Assembly (NCBI GenBank): GCA_964471475.1
Contig: CAYYFQ010000003.1
Coordinates: 164 to 64,163, forward strand
DNA length: 64,000 nt
Direction of reading: 5' to 3'
Source of the DNA: an uncultured Gammaproteobacteria bacterium
Lineage (GTDB): Bacteria; Pseudomonadota; Gammaproteobacteria; CAISUE01
The notes under the pieces were generated by a model. The model made no database searches. It was not told the DNA's origin and worked only from the letters and a program-made list of their open reading frames with translations. Shown here piece after piece: positions 45,991 through 56,600 of the stretch (positions are counted from its first letter, which is position 1; each line of letters begins with the position of its first letter). Both the position numbers and the translations under genes were made by a program.

Positions 45991-48900
45991 CTATGGGGGA
46001 GCCAAAGAACTGGCAGCCGCTCCTAGTTGCTCTGTTGGTTTATTGGCTTCTTTAGGAGTTGGCAAAGAAGGGGGTTGAGGGAAAAACTCCATCGCGCTGC
46101 TTAAAGCGCGTGGCGACCTTGATCTTCCTAGTACCAACCGCTCAATAAATAATTGGCCTTCTTCTGGTATTGAAGATAAAAGTTGTACGATATCTTCCTC
46201 TTTAATATCTTGATAAAATAATTTCCCTTGTCGAATATTTTCTTTCAATGGCTCTACCGCTGGAGATTCTGATTCGATAATAAAATTACGAATGGCAATC
46301 GCGCCCAACAAATATTGCCGCACCGTTTGATCTTCCGTTAATGACAGCATTGCTTGATCAACCACAGGTAGATACCCTAAAAATGCTTGGGCTATTCTTG
46401 ACTTCTGACTATACAAGGCCAAAGCTAAAGGGGTAACACCTAAATGTGTTCGTTGGTTCAAATTAGCTCCTTTTGACAGTAACCACAGCGCCATATCCAT
46501 GTCATCTAATTGCACCGCCAAGTGGAGGCTCGTTTTACCATTAGCACCCGAGAGATTAATTTTCCTTGTTCCTTTTTCAAGTACTGAAGCAAGAAGTTTT
46601 TTATTATTTTTCCTCACGCAAACAAATAAGGTGTCGTTACCAATATCTGTTTTAAGCTCTATAAAACAGCTGAGGTGCAATGCCATAGCAGCAATACTTT
46701 TTTGCTGTAGAACATGCATGGGGTCAAATTGCTTCGTAGGTTCATCTTCCTTAAGTAAGGCCTCTTTTAACTCTGCTAAGCTAGTTTCGACTAATTGCGC
46801 TATTTGCTTATGCAATGTCAACCACTGCAACAGAGTTATTTTTTGAGTATCGCTTACATCATCAAATACACCTAATCTTTCTATTAAAAAGTGCGTCTTA
46901 AATATTTCCACCAATTGCATTTCTAAGCTTGTTCTTGGGGGGCAATATGCTGTTATCGCTGGTTGTCTTGGTTGAATCTGTACCGTTTTTGCTTCGGCTA
47001 ATTGATTCAATTGTGAAGTAATATATTGGCTTAGCTTTTCTAAAGTAGCACATTCCAGCATAATGGCATTGGACAAAATAATGTCGTTACCTAAAAGCGC
47101 TTGCAACCGATTTTTTAAATCCACTGCCATCAAAGAGTCAAGCCCCATCGCGGCAAATTCTGCATGAACATCAATCTCGCTCACTTCCAATTGGCTCACT
47201 TGTGCTACAAGTGCTTTCAATTTTTCTTGCACTGTTAATTGACGCACTTCCATCGACAATGCTAATAATCCTGTTAGCCATTTCCCATCGCCTGCAGTTG
47301 ATTTCATCGGAGCAGCAGATTGGTCAATTAATAGCTTTTCCAATAGCCGGTTAGTTATCGGGTTCATACTCGCCATTTGTGCCCAATTTGCATCAATCAA
47401 TATTGGTGAAGATTCTTGACCCAGCATTACTTGCTCAAATAAAGCTATTCCTTTGTCTCTACTGAAAGGATGGACCCCTCTAGATTCATGGAAAGACTGC
47501 AAACGACTGTCAGTTGCCATACCCACCTCGGCCCAAGGTCCCCAATGAATACTCTGGCCACTTAAACCTTGTTGTCGACGATAGGCCATCAATTCATCCA
47601 TAAAACTATTAGCTGCTGCATAATTTAACTGTCCAACATTACCGATGATAGAGGCCACTGATGAAAAACTAATAAAATATTCAAGTTCCGGCTGGCTATA
47701 GTGATGCAAATACCATAACGCCAATTTGGGTTTTAATACGGCCTCAAATTGTGGCCAACTTTGCTTCTCTAATAAATTATCTTGAATCACCCCTGCTGCA
47801 TGAATAATACCGCGCAGCGCAAGTCGTGTTTCGGTTAATTGCCTAAATAGATCCTCTACAGCATTAGCATCGGCGATGTCCAATTGAGATACTTGTACGC
47901 GTATGCCTTGACTTTGCCATTCACTGATTATCGCCTGTACTTCAGAAGAAGGAGCATGCCGACCAATGAGAATCAGATCCTCCACCCCTTGAGCAACCAG
48001 AAACTTCGCAACTTCCCAACCTAAACCTCTTAACCCTCCGGTGATTAAAAAGCTGCCTGGACGTTTTTCGAGTTTAGCGTGATATTCTGGAACAGTGCTT
48101 ATAATTATTTTGCCAATGTGTTCAGCACGCTGCATGGCTTTAAATGCTTCTTTCACTTCTGTTAATGCATAATGCTCATACGGTAAAGCGTGATAAATAC
48201 CTGTCTCAAATTGGGGCGATATTTTGTTCCACAATTTTTGAATAAACTCAGAATCATGAGCAATCATGCTATCCAAAGCTAACACCGTATAAACAATATC
48301 TTTACGACAATGATAAATTTGCTCTTCTGTCCATACATCGCGTTTACTTATTTCAACAAACCGCGCTTCTTGTGCACACACTTGTAAACTTGTTTCAATA
48401 TAACCTTGACCCGTTAACGTGTTGAGCACTACATCTACGCCTCGTCCCTGTGTATCTTGTAAAATAGCTGCTCCATACGCCAAGCTACGTGAATCATAAA
48501 TATGCTGTATCCCTAATGATTTTAAATAATCCCGCTTGCGCGCATCCCCCGCCGTCGCATAAATCTTCGCGCCAATGGCTTGTGCAATTTGAATTGCAGC
48601 TAAACCTACCCCACCTGTGGCTGTATGAATTAATACGCTTTCTTTAGGTTTTAGTTGAGCGCATTGAATGAGTGCTTGATACGCCGTTAAAAATACCACT
48701 GGCAACCCGGCTGACTCCGCATGACTTAATTGCTGAGGTTGTTTTGCTACGATGCGACCATCAACAATAACTTCACTTGAGAAGCTTCCCGCACAGTGAC
48801 GAACATCTTCCGCTAGCTGAGCGCCTATACCTAACACGCGATCTCCGGCTTGATAATGATCTATCCAATCACGACCAACTTCTACCACAACTCCTGCAAA

Positions 48901-51900
48901 ATCGCTCCCTAAAGAACCTGCATCGCCTGGATAGAGATTCATTGCGTTCAAAACATCTCTAAAATTTAAAGCAGCTGCTTTAAATTTAATACGAAGCTCA
49001 TGTGCTGCTAATGCACGTTGCGCACCAATGTTTTTAACCAAATGCAGTTCATCAATTAACCCTGCATTGCCTTTAACTAAGGTATAAGGCCCTGCTTCTT
49101 GTGGAAGCACTTTTTTATCTATAGCGATTGCTCCTTGCAATCTTCCTACATAGCGTTTGCCTGCACGATAGCGTACCTCACGCTCTATGAGACCATGCGC
49201 TAATATCTGTGTGATATAACGCCATTGTTCTAATTGAGGTTCAAAAAAATCCATATCAACATGGCAACATCGGATATCCCGTGCAGATAACTCTACCCAT
49301 AATGAGCGCATAAATCCTATTAATCCTGCCTGTACTAAATCATGATTATGCGCTCCTTGGCTCCATAGCACACAAGCTTTTAAGGAAGTAGTTGGCGTAA
49401 ATAATGTTTGCGTAATCAGGAACAAGCGGTGTAACAAGCGCTCACATGCGCTTGTTGGAGTAATGGTTTCTTCTAACTCATGTTGCAAATATTGCCAGTG
49501 AATGACTACTTGCACTGGGGATATCGGTAATGACATTATTTTAACTAAAGCTTGTTCACTATTCTCTGTTACTTCCCAAGCAGATGTTTCTGATCGATTC
49601 CATATTTGATAACAACCATTCGCAAGCATCACAATGCCTGTTTCATAGCGGTGACGAATTTCACTTGCCCATGTTTCATTAGCCACTAACCACAATGTTG
49701 GCTGTATTACACCGCCATTAGCAACATCTTTTTCACAAACTTGCCAAGCATATTCATAACATTCAGCTATTTGTTTACGCTTTAATCCCTGACTAAGCTG
49801 ATTCAAATAACTACTGAACTGAGCACGGTTCACAGCTTGTATTTTGACATCATGCAAATGGCAGCAACACTCACCCGATCGATCATACACGGCAACTTGT
49901 ATCTCTGTAGGAAAACCTGTTTCATTACATTTCCAATTTAGCGAGATATGACTTGCATGATTAAGAGCCTCTCTTTCTCCTGTATAAGTAAGCGCACCAA
50001 AACTCCCGAGTAAATAAATCATTTGGGCTAATGCGTGTTCACGATCATGCACAGCTAACATCAAGGCTTGCAGGACGCCATCTAATAAAGCTGGAGAAAG
50101 ATAATAGCCAGCATCAAGTTGCGTTGGCGCTTTTAACCGTACAACAGCTTCGTTTTCACTATAATTCACTAGATCAATTACTTGAAAAGCTGCTTGATAA
50201 TTAAATCCTGCCCTATTTGCTAATCTATAAAAATCATCTCCTCGCATCACTTGTCGGCAACGCCCTTCAATAGCAGGCGTCTCTAGCAATGAAGGCATTG
50301 ATGTCGTTTCTAACATGCGCACTTGCCCTTCGGCATGAAGCACAGCGCTTCCTGGCTCATCTTTTTCAGTACGGCTGTAAATCATAATTCGTAACACTTT
50401 GCTTGCTTTATCAATACTTAGCTGTGTTTGCAGCAAACGATCTTTGTTTAAGATCAATGGCGCATGAATATCAAGACTTTGCACTTGAACAACCGGCAGT
50501 TGCTCTTCTTCTAATAAAAAACGCGGAAAAGTCAAGCGTCCAGCCGCCAACATCATTTCCAGCAGCGCTACGCCCGGCATAATTGCCGTCTGTAAAATTT
50601 GATGATCCCACAAATATCTGAGCGCCGGATCGCTCAGTGATTGTTGATATAGCACTCCTCCTTCGGGTAAAACGGTCAACTGCCCCAATAAAGGATGACC
50701 GCTAGCCATTGTTCCATTGACCGAATAAGATGCTTGGTGTCTATGCGTTAATGCTTCTAGCCAATAACGTTTTCTTTGAAACGCATACGTCGGCAAGCTT
50801 ACCTTGCGATAAGAGTACCTTTGGGACCTGTAATAATTTTCCCAATATATTTCACAACCGGCTACATAACACTGACCTAAAGCCACTAACATGCTTTCAT
50901 GATTCCCAACATCTGCCTTGAGACTGTAACTCCAGCTTAAACCTTCCCTACCTTCTGCACATTGTTGTCCAAGAGTGGTTAATATAGCCCCAGGCCCTAC
51001 TTCAAGATATAACTGATTCTCTTGGAAAGATCTTTCCATCGCTCTTAAATAATTCACTGGACTTAGTAATTGATCACACCAATAATCCGCAGTAATCGCT
51101 TCCAATCGATCGCCCGTTACCGTTGAAATCATTGTAATTTGTGGCACTTTATAATGAATTGTTTCTGCAAGCTTTTTAAAATCTTCTCGCATAGGCCGCA
51201 TATGATCACTATGAAAAGCATGAGAAACCGATAACAGCGTCGAACGGATATTTTTGTCTGCGCAGCTTTGTTTCAATACTTGCAGTTTGTTTTTATCTCC
51301 CGAAACTACCGTTTGTTTAGGGGCATTAATACCCGCAATACTCAAGCCTAAATCTGCTATTAACGCTCGCGCTTCTTCCACAGAACATTGTAAAGCAAGC
51401 ATTCCTCCTTGATTTTCAGGTAACCCTTGCATCAGTCGCCCTCTTGCTGACACCAGTTTCAGCGCTTCTTCTAATGTCATCACCTCAGCAATCGTTGCTG
51501 CTACCAATTCCCCAATGCTATGACCAATAAGCTGATGTGGCATCACTCCTGAACTCATCCACAGCTTAGCCAAAGCATATTCCAATGCGAAAATCACAGG
51601 TTGCGCATATTGAGTTTGATTCAATAACTCCGTGTTATCACCAAACAATATACTATAAAAAGGTTGGGGCAATTCTTCTTTTAATAACTCCGCACATTCA
51701 TCTAATAGCGTTCGAAAAACAGGATATGTTTCATATAGCTCACGCCCCATATGGGCATATTGACTCCCTTGGCCCGTAAATAAAAACGTAATGGTTTTAG
51801 GAACCCTCGCATCACCACGAAGTAACTCATCCCTTGCTAGCTTTTCTTTGAAATCTTCTACGGTTCGCGCTACGACCGCACCTCGATAGGCAAAATGACT

Positions 51901-53649
51901 CCGTCCTACCGCACTCGTATACGCTATATTCCCTAGCTCTTCTTGGCTATCTTCCAAATAATGCGCGTATTTTTCTTTGAGTCCTTCTCGTGCATCGCTT
52001 TGTTTACCTGAAAATACAATCAACTGAGAACGTGTATCTTGAGAAGAATCTTGTGTGTGATCACAAGGTACTTCTTCAACTATCACATGCGCATTGGTGC
52101 CACTAAAGCCAAACGAACTAACACCAGCACGACGTATATGATGCTCTCGACGCTCCCACGCTTGCATACCTACGGGCAATTGAATGTTGCTACCCTCTAG
52201 ATCAATATGTGGATTTAATTGCTGAAAATGTAATAAGCTGGGTATTTGACCATGCTGTAATGAAAGTACAGTTTTGATCAAACCAGCCATACCGGCAGCT
52301 GCCTCCAAATGCCCCACATACGTTTTCGCCGTCCCCACTATGAGTGGCTGCTCTCTTGGTACGTCCGTGGAAAAAACTGATCTTAAAGCATTCAATTCAA
52401 TCGGGTCGCCAAGACTTGTCCCTGTACCATGTGCCTCAATATAATCAATGTCGTTAGGGCTAAGCTCGGCTTTTTTTAAGGCACTTTTTATCAACTGCTC
52501 TTGTGCAGGGCCATTCGGTACAGTTAGGCCGCTACTTGGGCCATCTTGATTCACTGCACTGCTGCGAATGACTGCTAAAATCGCATCATTATTGATAAGA
52601 GCTCGACGCAATGATTTTAAAATAACTATGCCACAACCTTCACCACGACCAAATCCATCGGCACTAGCATCAAATGTCTTGCATTTCCCATCCACCGATA
52701 GCATATGCGCTTGCGAAAAATTAATAAAATTACCTTCCGCAAGCAATAAATTCACGCCACCCACAATGGCCATTTGAATTTCACCGCTCTGAATGCGATG
52801 ACACGCCTCATCTAATGCCACTAAAGATGAAGAGCAGGCGGTTTCAATACTCATGGCAGGTCCTTGGCATCCCAACCAATAAGCAATTCTCCCTGCTGCT
52901 GTACTCAATGCATTTCCAGTCGCGGTATAAGCCGTATACGCTTCTTCCGGTTGTAGTTGATTAATCATTGCACCATAATCTTGTGCCGCAATGCCAACAT
53001 AGACCCCTGTGTTGCTTTCACGAAGTTTTTCAGGGACGATATGAGCCGATTCTAGTGCTTCCCATACGACTTCCATCAGCAAGCGCTGCTGTGGGTCTAA
53101 ATAGTTTGCTTCCTTCGGACTAATATTAAAAAAAGTAGCATCAAATGTTTTTACATCTTGCTGAAGAAAAGATCCTAATCGCGTATAACTTTTTCCCGGC
53201 ACGCCTTGAACTGGCGAATAATATGCATCTACCGACCAACGATCTCTTGGGATTTCAGCTGTTGCATCTTTTCCTTCTGACAGCATACGCCAAAAGCCCG
53301 ATAAATCACTTCCCATACCGGGGAAACGCGCACTCATTCCGATGATTGCAATAGGCTCAGTACTGCGTATATCTCGTGATGGTGAAAGTCCACTTCCCAA
53401 TCTTCTAAAAGATCTTTTAAAAGCATTCAGCGTATTTACATCAATATTAGGTGAGTCCTTTACTTCTTCTTCCAAAAGATCGTCCTTATCTTCATAAGGA
53501 ATTAATAGCTCGGAAATTTCATCAAAATCTAATTCTGCCGCTAGATCTAAAGCCGTACTTTGAGATTCTTTATCAACGCCTGCTTCGATAAAACCCCTAA
53601 CAGCGTTTATATCATTTGCTTTAACTGCTTCAAATATATTTTGATACAT
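45991..53649 (-). CDS. Fully reducing type I PKS module with terminal ankyrin repeats (2552 aa): ANK(N)-KS-AT-DH-ER-KR-ACP-[Ser-less CP-like]-ANK(C)
   Basis: KS: ETACSSSLVAL (Cys codon 52834..52836), EAHGTGTSLGDPIE, GHLEAAAG. AT: FLFTGQGSQY, GHSIGE (Ser codon 51517..51519) and a malonyl-type HAFH motif. DH: HPLLG, H-x8-P, LLDGVLQ. ER: LNFRDVLNAMNLYPG, ATGGVGLAAIQIA. KR: FLITGGLRGLG. ACP: GLDSLMAV (Ser codon 47134..47136). A GAGGAA Shine-Dalgarno is present and the gap to the upstream gene is 31 bp. Confidence 0.95.
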   Translation of the reverse strand: MYQNIFEAVKANDINAVRGFIEAGVDKESQSTALDLAAELDFDEISELLIPYEDKDDLLEEEVKDSPNIDVNTLNAFKRSFRRLGSGLSPSRDIRSTEPIAIIGMSARFPGMGSDLSGFWRMLSEGKDATAEIPRDRWSVDAYYSPVQGVPGKSYTRLGSFLQQDVKTFDATFFNISPKEANYLDPQQRLLMEVVWEALESAHIVPEKLRESNTGVYVGIAAQDYGAMINQLQPEEAYTAYTATGNALSTAAGRIAYWLGCQGPAMSIETACSSSLVALDEACHRIQSGEIQMAIVGGVNLLLAEGNFINFSQAHMLSVDGKCKTFDASADGFGRGEGCGIVILKSLRRALINNDAILAVIRSSAVNQDGPSSGLTVPNGPAQEQLIKSALKKAELSPNDIDYIEAHGTGTSLGDPIELNALRSVFSTDVPREQPLIVGTAKTYVGHLEAAAGMAGLIKTVLSLQHGQIPSLLHFQQLNPHIDLEGSNIQLPVGMQAWERREHHIRRAGVSSFGFSGTNAHVIVEEVPCDHTQDSSQDTRSQLIVFSGKQSDAREGLKEKYAHYLEDSQEELGNIAYTSAVGRSHFAYRGAVVARTVEDFKEKLARDELLRGDARVPKTITFLFTGQGSQYAHMGRELYETYPVFRTLLDECAELLKEELPQPFYSILFGDNTELLNQTQYAQPVIFALEYALAKLWMSSGVMPHQLIGHSIGELVAATIAEVMTLEEALKLVSARGRLMQGLPENQGGMLALQCSVEEARALIADLGLSIAGINAPKQTVVSGDKNKLQVLKQSCADKNIRSTLLSVSHAFHSDHMRPMREDFKKLAETIHYKVPQITMISTVTGDRLEAITADYWCDQLLSPVNYLRAMERSFQENQLYLEVGPGAILTTLGQQCAEGREGLSWSYSLKADVGNHESMLVALGQCYVAGCEIYWENYYRSQRYSYRKVSLPTYAFQRKRYWLEALTHRHQASYSVNGTMASGHPLLGQLTVLPEGGVLYQQSLSDPALRYLWDHQILQTAIMPGVALLEMMLAAGRLTFPRFLLEEEQLPVVQVQSLDIHAPLILNKDRLLQTQLSIDKASKVLRIMIYSRTEKDEPGSAVLHAEGQVRMLETTSMPSLLETPAIEGRCRQVMRGDDFYRLANRAGFNYQAAFQVIDLVNYSENEAVVRLKAPTQLDAGYYLSPALLDGVLQALMLAVHDREHALAQMIYLLGSFGALTYTGEREALNHASHISLNWKCNETGFPTEIQVAVYDRSGECCCHLHDVKIQAVNRAQFSSYLNQLSQGLKRKQIAECYEYAWQVCEKDVANGGVIQPTLWLVANETWASEIRHRYETGIVMLANGCYQIWNRSETSAWEVTENSEQALVKIMSLPISPVQVVIHWQYLQHELEETITPTSACERLLHRLFLITQTLFTPTTSLKACVLWSQGAHNHDLVQAGLIGFMRSLWVELSARDIRCCHVDMDFFEPQLEQWRYITQILAHGLIEREVRYRAGKRYVGRLQGAIAIDKKVLPQEAGPYTLVKGNAGLIDELHLVKNIGAQRALAAHELRIKFKAAALNFRDVLNAMNLYPGDAGSLGSDFAGVVVEVGRDWIDHYQAGDRVLGIGAQLAEDVRHCAGSFSSEVIVDGRIVAKQPQQLSHAESAGLPVVFLTAYQALIQCAQLKPKESVLIHTATGGVGLAAIQIAQAIGAKIYATAGDARKRDYLKSLGIQHIYDSRSLAYGAAILQDTQGRGVDVVLNTLTGQGYIETSLQVCAQEARFVEISKRDVWTEEQIYHCRKDIVYTVLALDSMIAHDSEFIQKLWNKISPQFETGIYHALPYEHYALTEVKEAFKAMQRAEHIGKIIISTVPEYHAKLEKRPGSFLITGGLRGLGWEVAKFLVAQGVEDLILIGRHAPSSEVQAIISEWQSQGIRVQVSQLDIADANAVEDLFRQLTETRLALRGIIHAAGVIQDNLLEKQSWPQFEAVLKPKLALWYLHHYSQPELEYFISFSSVASIIGNVGQLNYAAANSFMDELMAYRRQQGLSGQSIHWGPWAEVGMATDSRLQSFHESRGVHPFSRDKGIALFEQVMLGQESSPILIDANWAQMASMNPITNRLLEKLLIDQSAAPMKSTAGDGKWLTGLLALSMEVRQLTVQEKLKALVAQVSQLEVSEIDVHAEFAAMGLDSLMAVDLKNRLQALLGNDIILSNAIMLECATLEKLSQYITSQLNQLAEAKTVQIQPRQPAITAYCPPRTSLEMQLVEIFKTHFLIERLGVFDDVSDTQKITLLQWLTLHKQIAQLVETSLAELKEALLKEDEPTKQFDPMHVLQQKSIAAMALHLSCFIELKTDIGNDTLFVCVRKNNKKLLASVLEKGTRKINLSGANGKTSLHLAVQLDDMDMALWLLSKGANLNQRTHLGVTPLALALYSQKSRIAQAFLGYLPVVDQAMLSLTEDQTVRQYLLGAIAIRNFIIESESPAVEPLKENIRQGKLFYQDIKEEDIVQLLSSIPEEGQLFIERLVLGRSRSPRALSSAMEFFPQPPSLPTPKEANKPTEQLGAAASSLAPP
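46370..46650 (-). other. C-terminal ankyrin repeats (about 3) of PKS2
   Basis: DTLFVCVRKNNKKLLASVLEKGTRKINLSGANGKTSLHLAVQLDDMDMALWLLSKGANLNQRTHLGVTPLALALYSQ. Confidence 0.8.
46770..46960 (-). other. Degenerate carrier-protein-like segment lacking the phosphopantetheinyl Ser (PKS2)
   Basis: PPRTSLEMQLVEIFKTHFLIERLGVFDDVSDTQKITLLQWL mimics a PCP N-terminus (PRTxxExxLxxIWxxVL...IGxxDNFFxLGGxS), but no GGxS/DSL is present. Confidence 0.45.
51455..52104. repeat. Copy 1 of a 650-bp perfect direct repeat (KS end, KS-AT linker and N-terminal half of AT) in PKS2
   Basis: Identical to 60339..60988 (offset 8884 nt) wherever I compared the lines. The encoded peptides are identical from TNAHVIVEEVPCDHTQ... 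to ...SARGRLMQ. Confidence 0.8.
53485..53649 (-). other. N-terminal ankyrin-like repeats (about 2) of PKS2
   Basis: MYQNIFEAVKANDINAVRGFIEAGVDKESQSTALDLAAELDFDEISELLIPY. Confidence 0.65.
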
Positions 53650-53680
53650 ATCATCATTTCCTCTTCCATAAAAACTTTGT

Positions 53681-56600
53681 TTATCTACGATATTCCTCTG
53701 CCTGTTTTTTCTCTAAGGTATCTTTGGTCGGCTGCGATGACGAAGCCTGTTGGCCAAAAATTCCTACTCCTTCTAATAGAGGAGCGATAGCATGAGACGA
53801 AGTGCTTTGTGATACCTCTAAAATCCTATGCTCAATAAAGCGCTTTCCATAATCAGGTAAAAGCAATGATAGTTGTCTTATAAGATCAAGCGAAATATCT
53901 TGATCAAATCGTTTTCCTTGACGTAAATTTTCTTCAAAAGGCTTTATCCACGGGAGCCGTGAACCCAAAATACAATCACGTATAGCCATAGCACTCAAGA
54001 GATCATGCCTTATCGCCTCCGTTGATGTGAGCGCAAGTACTGCTTCATCTACTTTAGGCAAGTATATTAAAAGTTTTTTTACTACATCAAATTGCTGATT
54101 AAACAAAGCTAATGCCAACGGTGTAACACCTAGCCGAGTTTGCTGGTTGAGGTCAGCTCCCTGCGATAGTAACCATACTACCATCGCTGTATTGCCTAAT
54201 TGCGCTGCCAAATGAAGACTGGTTTTACCATTGCTATCTGCCATGTTAATTTTCTTCGCCCCTTTGGTAAGCAAGGAAGTAATTAAACTTTGATTATTTT
54301 TTTTGACAAAGGTAAATAAAGGATCCCGCTCAATAGCAACCTGAGACTCTACCAAGCAACTTAGATAAAGCGACATTTCTGCAATCGTATTTTTTTCCAA
54401 GATATTGATATCTAATTTTATTGCTGCATCTTCAGCTGCTTCTTGTCCTTGTGCTGGCAGCACTTTCATTTGCTCTTTCAGCGCGTTACTCAGTTCTTGC
54501 ATAGCGCGATGCATGCTCATCCACTGAGCAAGTGTGGTATTTTTCAAATCATTGATTTTGTCAATTACACTTATTGTCTGTATTGCAAATCGCTTCTTAA
54601 ACATTTCAACTAATTTTGTTTCTATTAACGTCCTTGGTAATCCATAAGCCATTTCTGCTGATTTTTCTGTTTGCTGAATACCTGTCGTTTTTTCTTCAAA
54701 AACATTAATCTGCTCAGTAAGATATTGGCTCAGCCGTTTTAGATTTGGATAGTCGAACAGCACTGTATTTGGTAAAGCGGCACTGTCTCCTAAAAAGCTT
54801 TGCAAGCGATTTTTTAGATCCATAATCATTAAAGAATCTAATCCCATCTCGGTAAATCCAGTTTGTTCGTTGAGGTCTTGCTCATTGAGTCCTGTAATCT
54901 TAGCAATCAGCTGTTTTAGTTTTGCTGCAATCCAAGATTGTCTTTCTGGTCTAGGTTTGCTTAAGATTTCTTTTAGCCACAGTGCATTTGTTGAGTTCAC
55001 ATTACCTTGACCTACGCTGGCTGCAATTAAAGGGTTCATAAAACGTTTGAGATTTGGTGTTGACATAGCACTAAACTTTTCCCAATTTGCTGATAGCACT
55101 GCTGTCTCATCTACGTTCGGATCTAATAAAATACGCTCAAGCGCGGCGACGCCTTCTTGTACACCCAGTTGCTTTAACCCTATTTTTTCATGGCGTGCTT
55201 TATAAATCGCTGCCGTGCCAATCTCCGCCCAAGGACCCCAGTGGATAGTTTGACCTACCAAGCCTTGCGCCCTTCTTGCATGAACTAAAGCATCTAAAAA
55301 AGCGTTGGCACTAGCATGGTTGGCTTGACCTACATTGCCTAAAAACGATGCTGTTGAGGAATACATCACAAAATAGTCTAATTCCATATTCAGGCGCTGG
55401 CTCCATTGATGTAAGTGCCAAGCACCATAGATTTTAGGTTTAAACACATATTCCATATGCGCCCAATCTTGCTGCAGTAATGTAGCATCCATCAATAAAC
55501 CGGCTGAATGAATAATACCTTTCAACGGCAAACATTCAGTTTGAATCATCTGCAATAAATCTTTAACCTGAATTTCATCACTCACGTCGACTTGCTTCAC
55601 TTGAATATCTACACCACTAGCCCGCCATTGCTCGAGCGTAGTTGCTGTTCTCGCATCAACTTGTTTTCGTCTACTGATGAGAACCAGTTGCTTCGCACCT
55701 CGATTCACCAGTAATTCGGCTGTCGCCAACCCTAGACCCGAAAGTCCTCCCGTAATTAAGTAACTTGCTTGTTGATCGAGTTGTAACTCGATTTGCAAAG
55801 GCCTTTGTAGCACAATCACCACTTTGCCGATGTGCTTTGCTTGTTGCATATGTTGAAATGCTTCTACTGCATGACCTATAGTAAAAGCCGTTACTGGCAA
55901 GGCTGTATAAGTTTTCTCTGCGAATAACGGTCGCATCGCTTCCCACATGACAGGTATATGTTCAGGCGATCGCGCCAAATCTTCGTCTAAAGCAATAACA
56001 CTATATTTAACATCAGCCCTTACTGCTGCCATCTGTGCTGTAGTCCAAATAGCCCGCTTACTTAATTCAATAAAATGACCATGTTGTGCACAACATGCAA
56101 GCGTGGCTTCGACAAATCCTTCTCCCGTTAAACTATTAAGCACGACATCCACGCCACTACCTTGAGTATCAGCTAATAACGCTTCTTGATAGGCTAACGA
56201 TCGCGAGTCATAGATATATTTAACACCGAGGTGACTCAAATAAGCACGCTTTTCAGGAGTTCCTGCGGTTGCATAAATTTCAGCACCCAGATACTTTGCC
56301 ATCTGAATAGCTGATAAACCGATTCCCCCCGTTGCAGCATGAATCAGAATCTTATCGCCTTTCTTTAATTGAGCTTCTTCAATTAACGCACGATAATTAG
56401 TTAAAAACACCGAAGGCAAAGTGGCCGCTTGGGGATATGTCAATTCTCGTGGTTTCGCATACACTTGGGTATGATGCGTAATAGCGATACTTGCCAAGCT
56501 ACCCCAAGCAATTCCGAACACGCCCTCACCTACATGTAGATGAGTCACTGCGGCCCCTACTTCAAGTACAGTACCCGAAAAGTCACTTCCCAAAGGCGAG

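Noticed and set aside
51585-51779. Two identical 64-aa plus-strand ORFs (51585..51779 and 60469..60663)
   Set aside because: They lie antisense to the AT domains of the two PKS genes. They are identical only because they fall inside the 650-bp perfect repeat. Their sequence is not protein-like and neither has a ribosome-binding site.
53560-53790. 76-aa plus-strand ORF spanning the PKS1/PKS2 junction
   Set aside because: It overlaps the stop of PKS1 and the start of PKS2 on the opposite strand, and it has no supporting signals.
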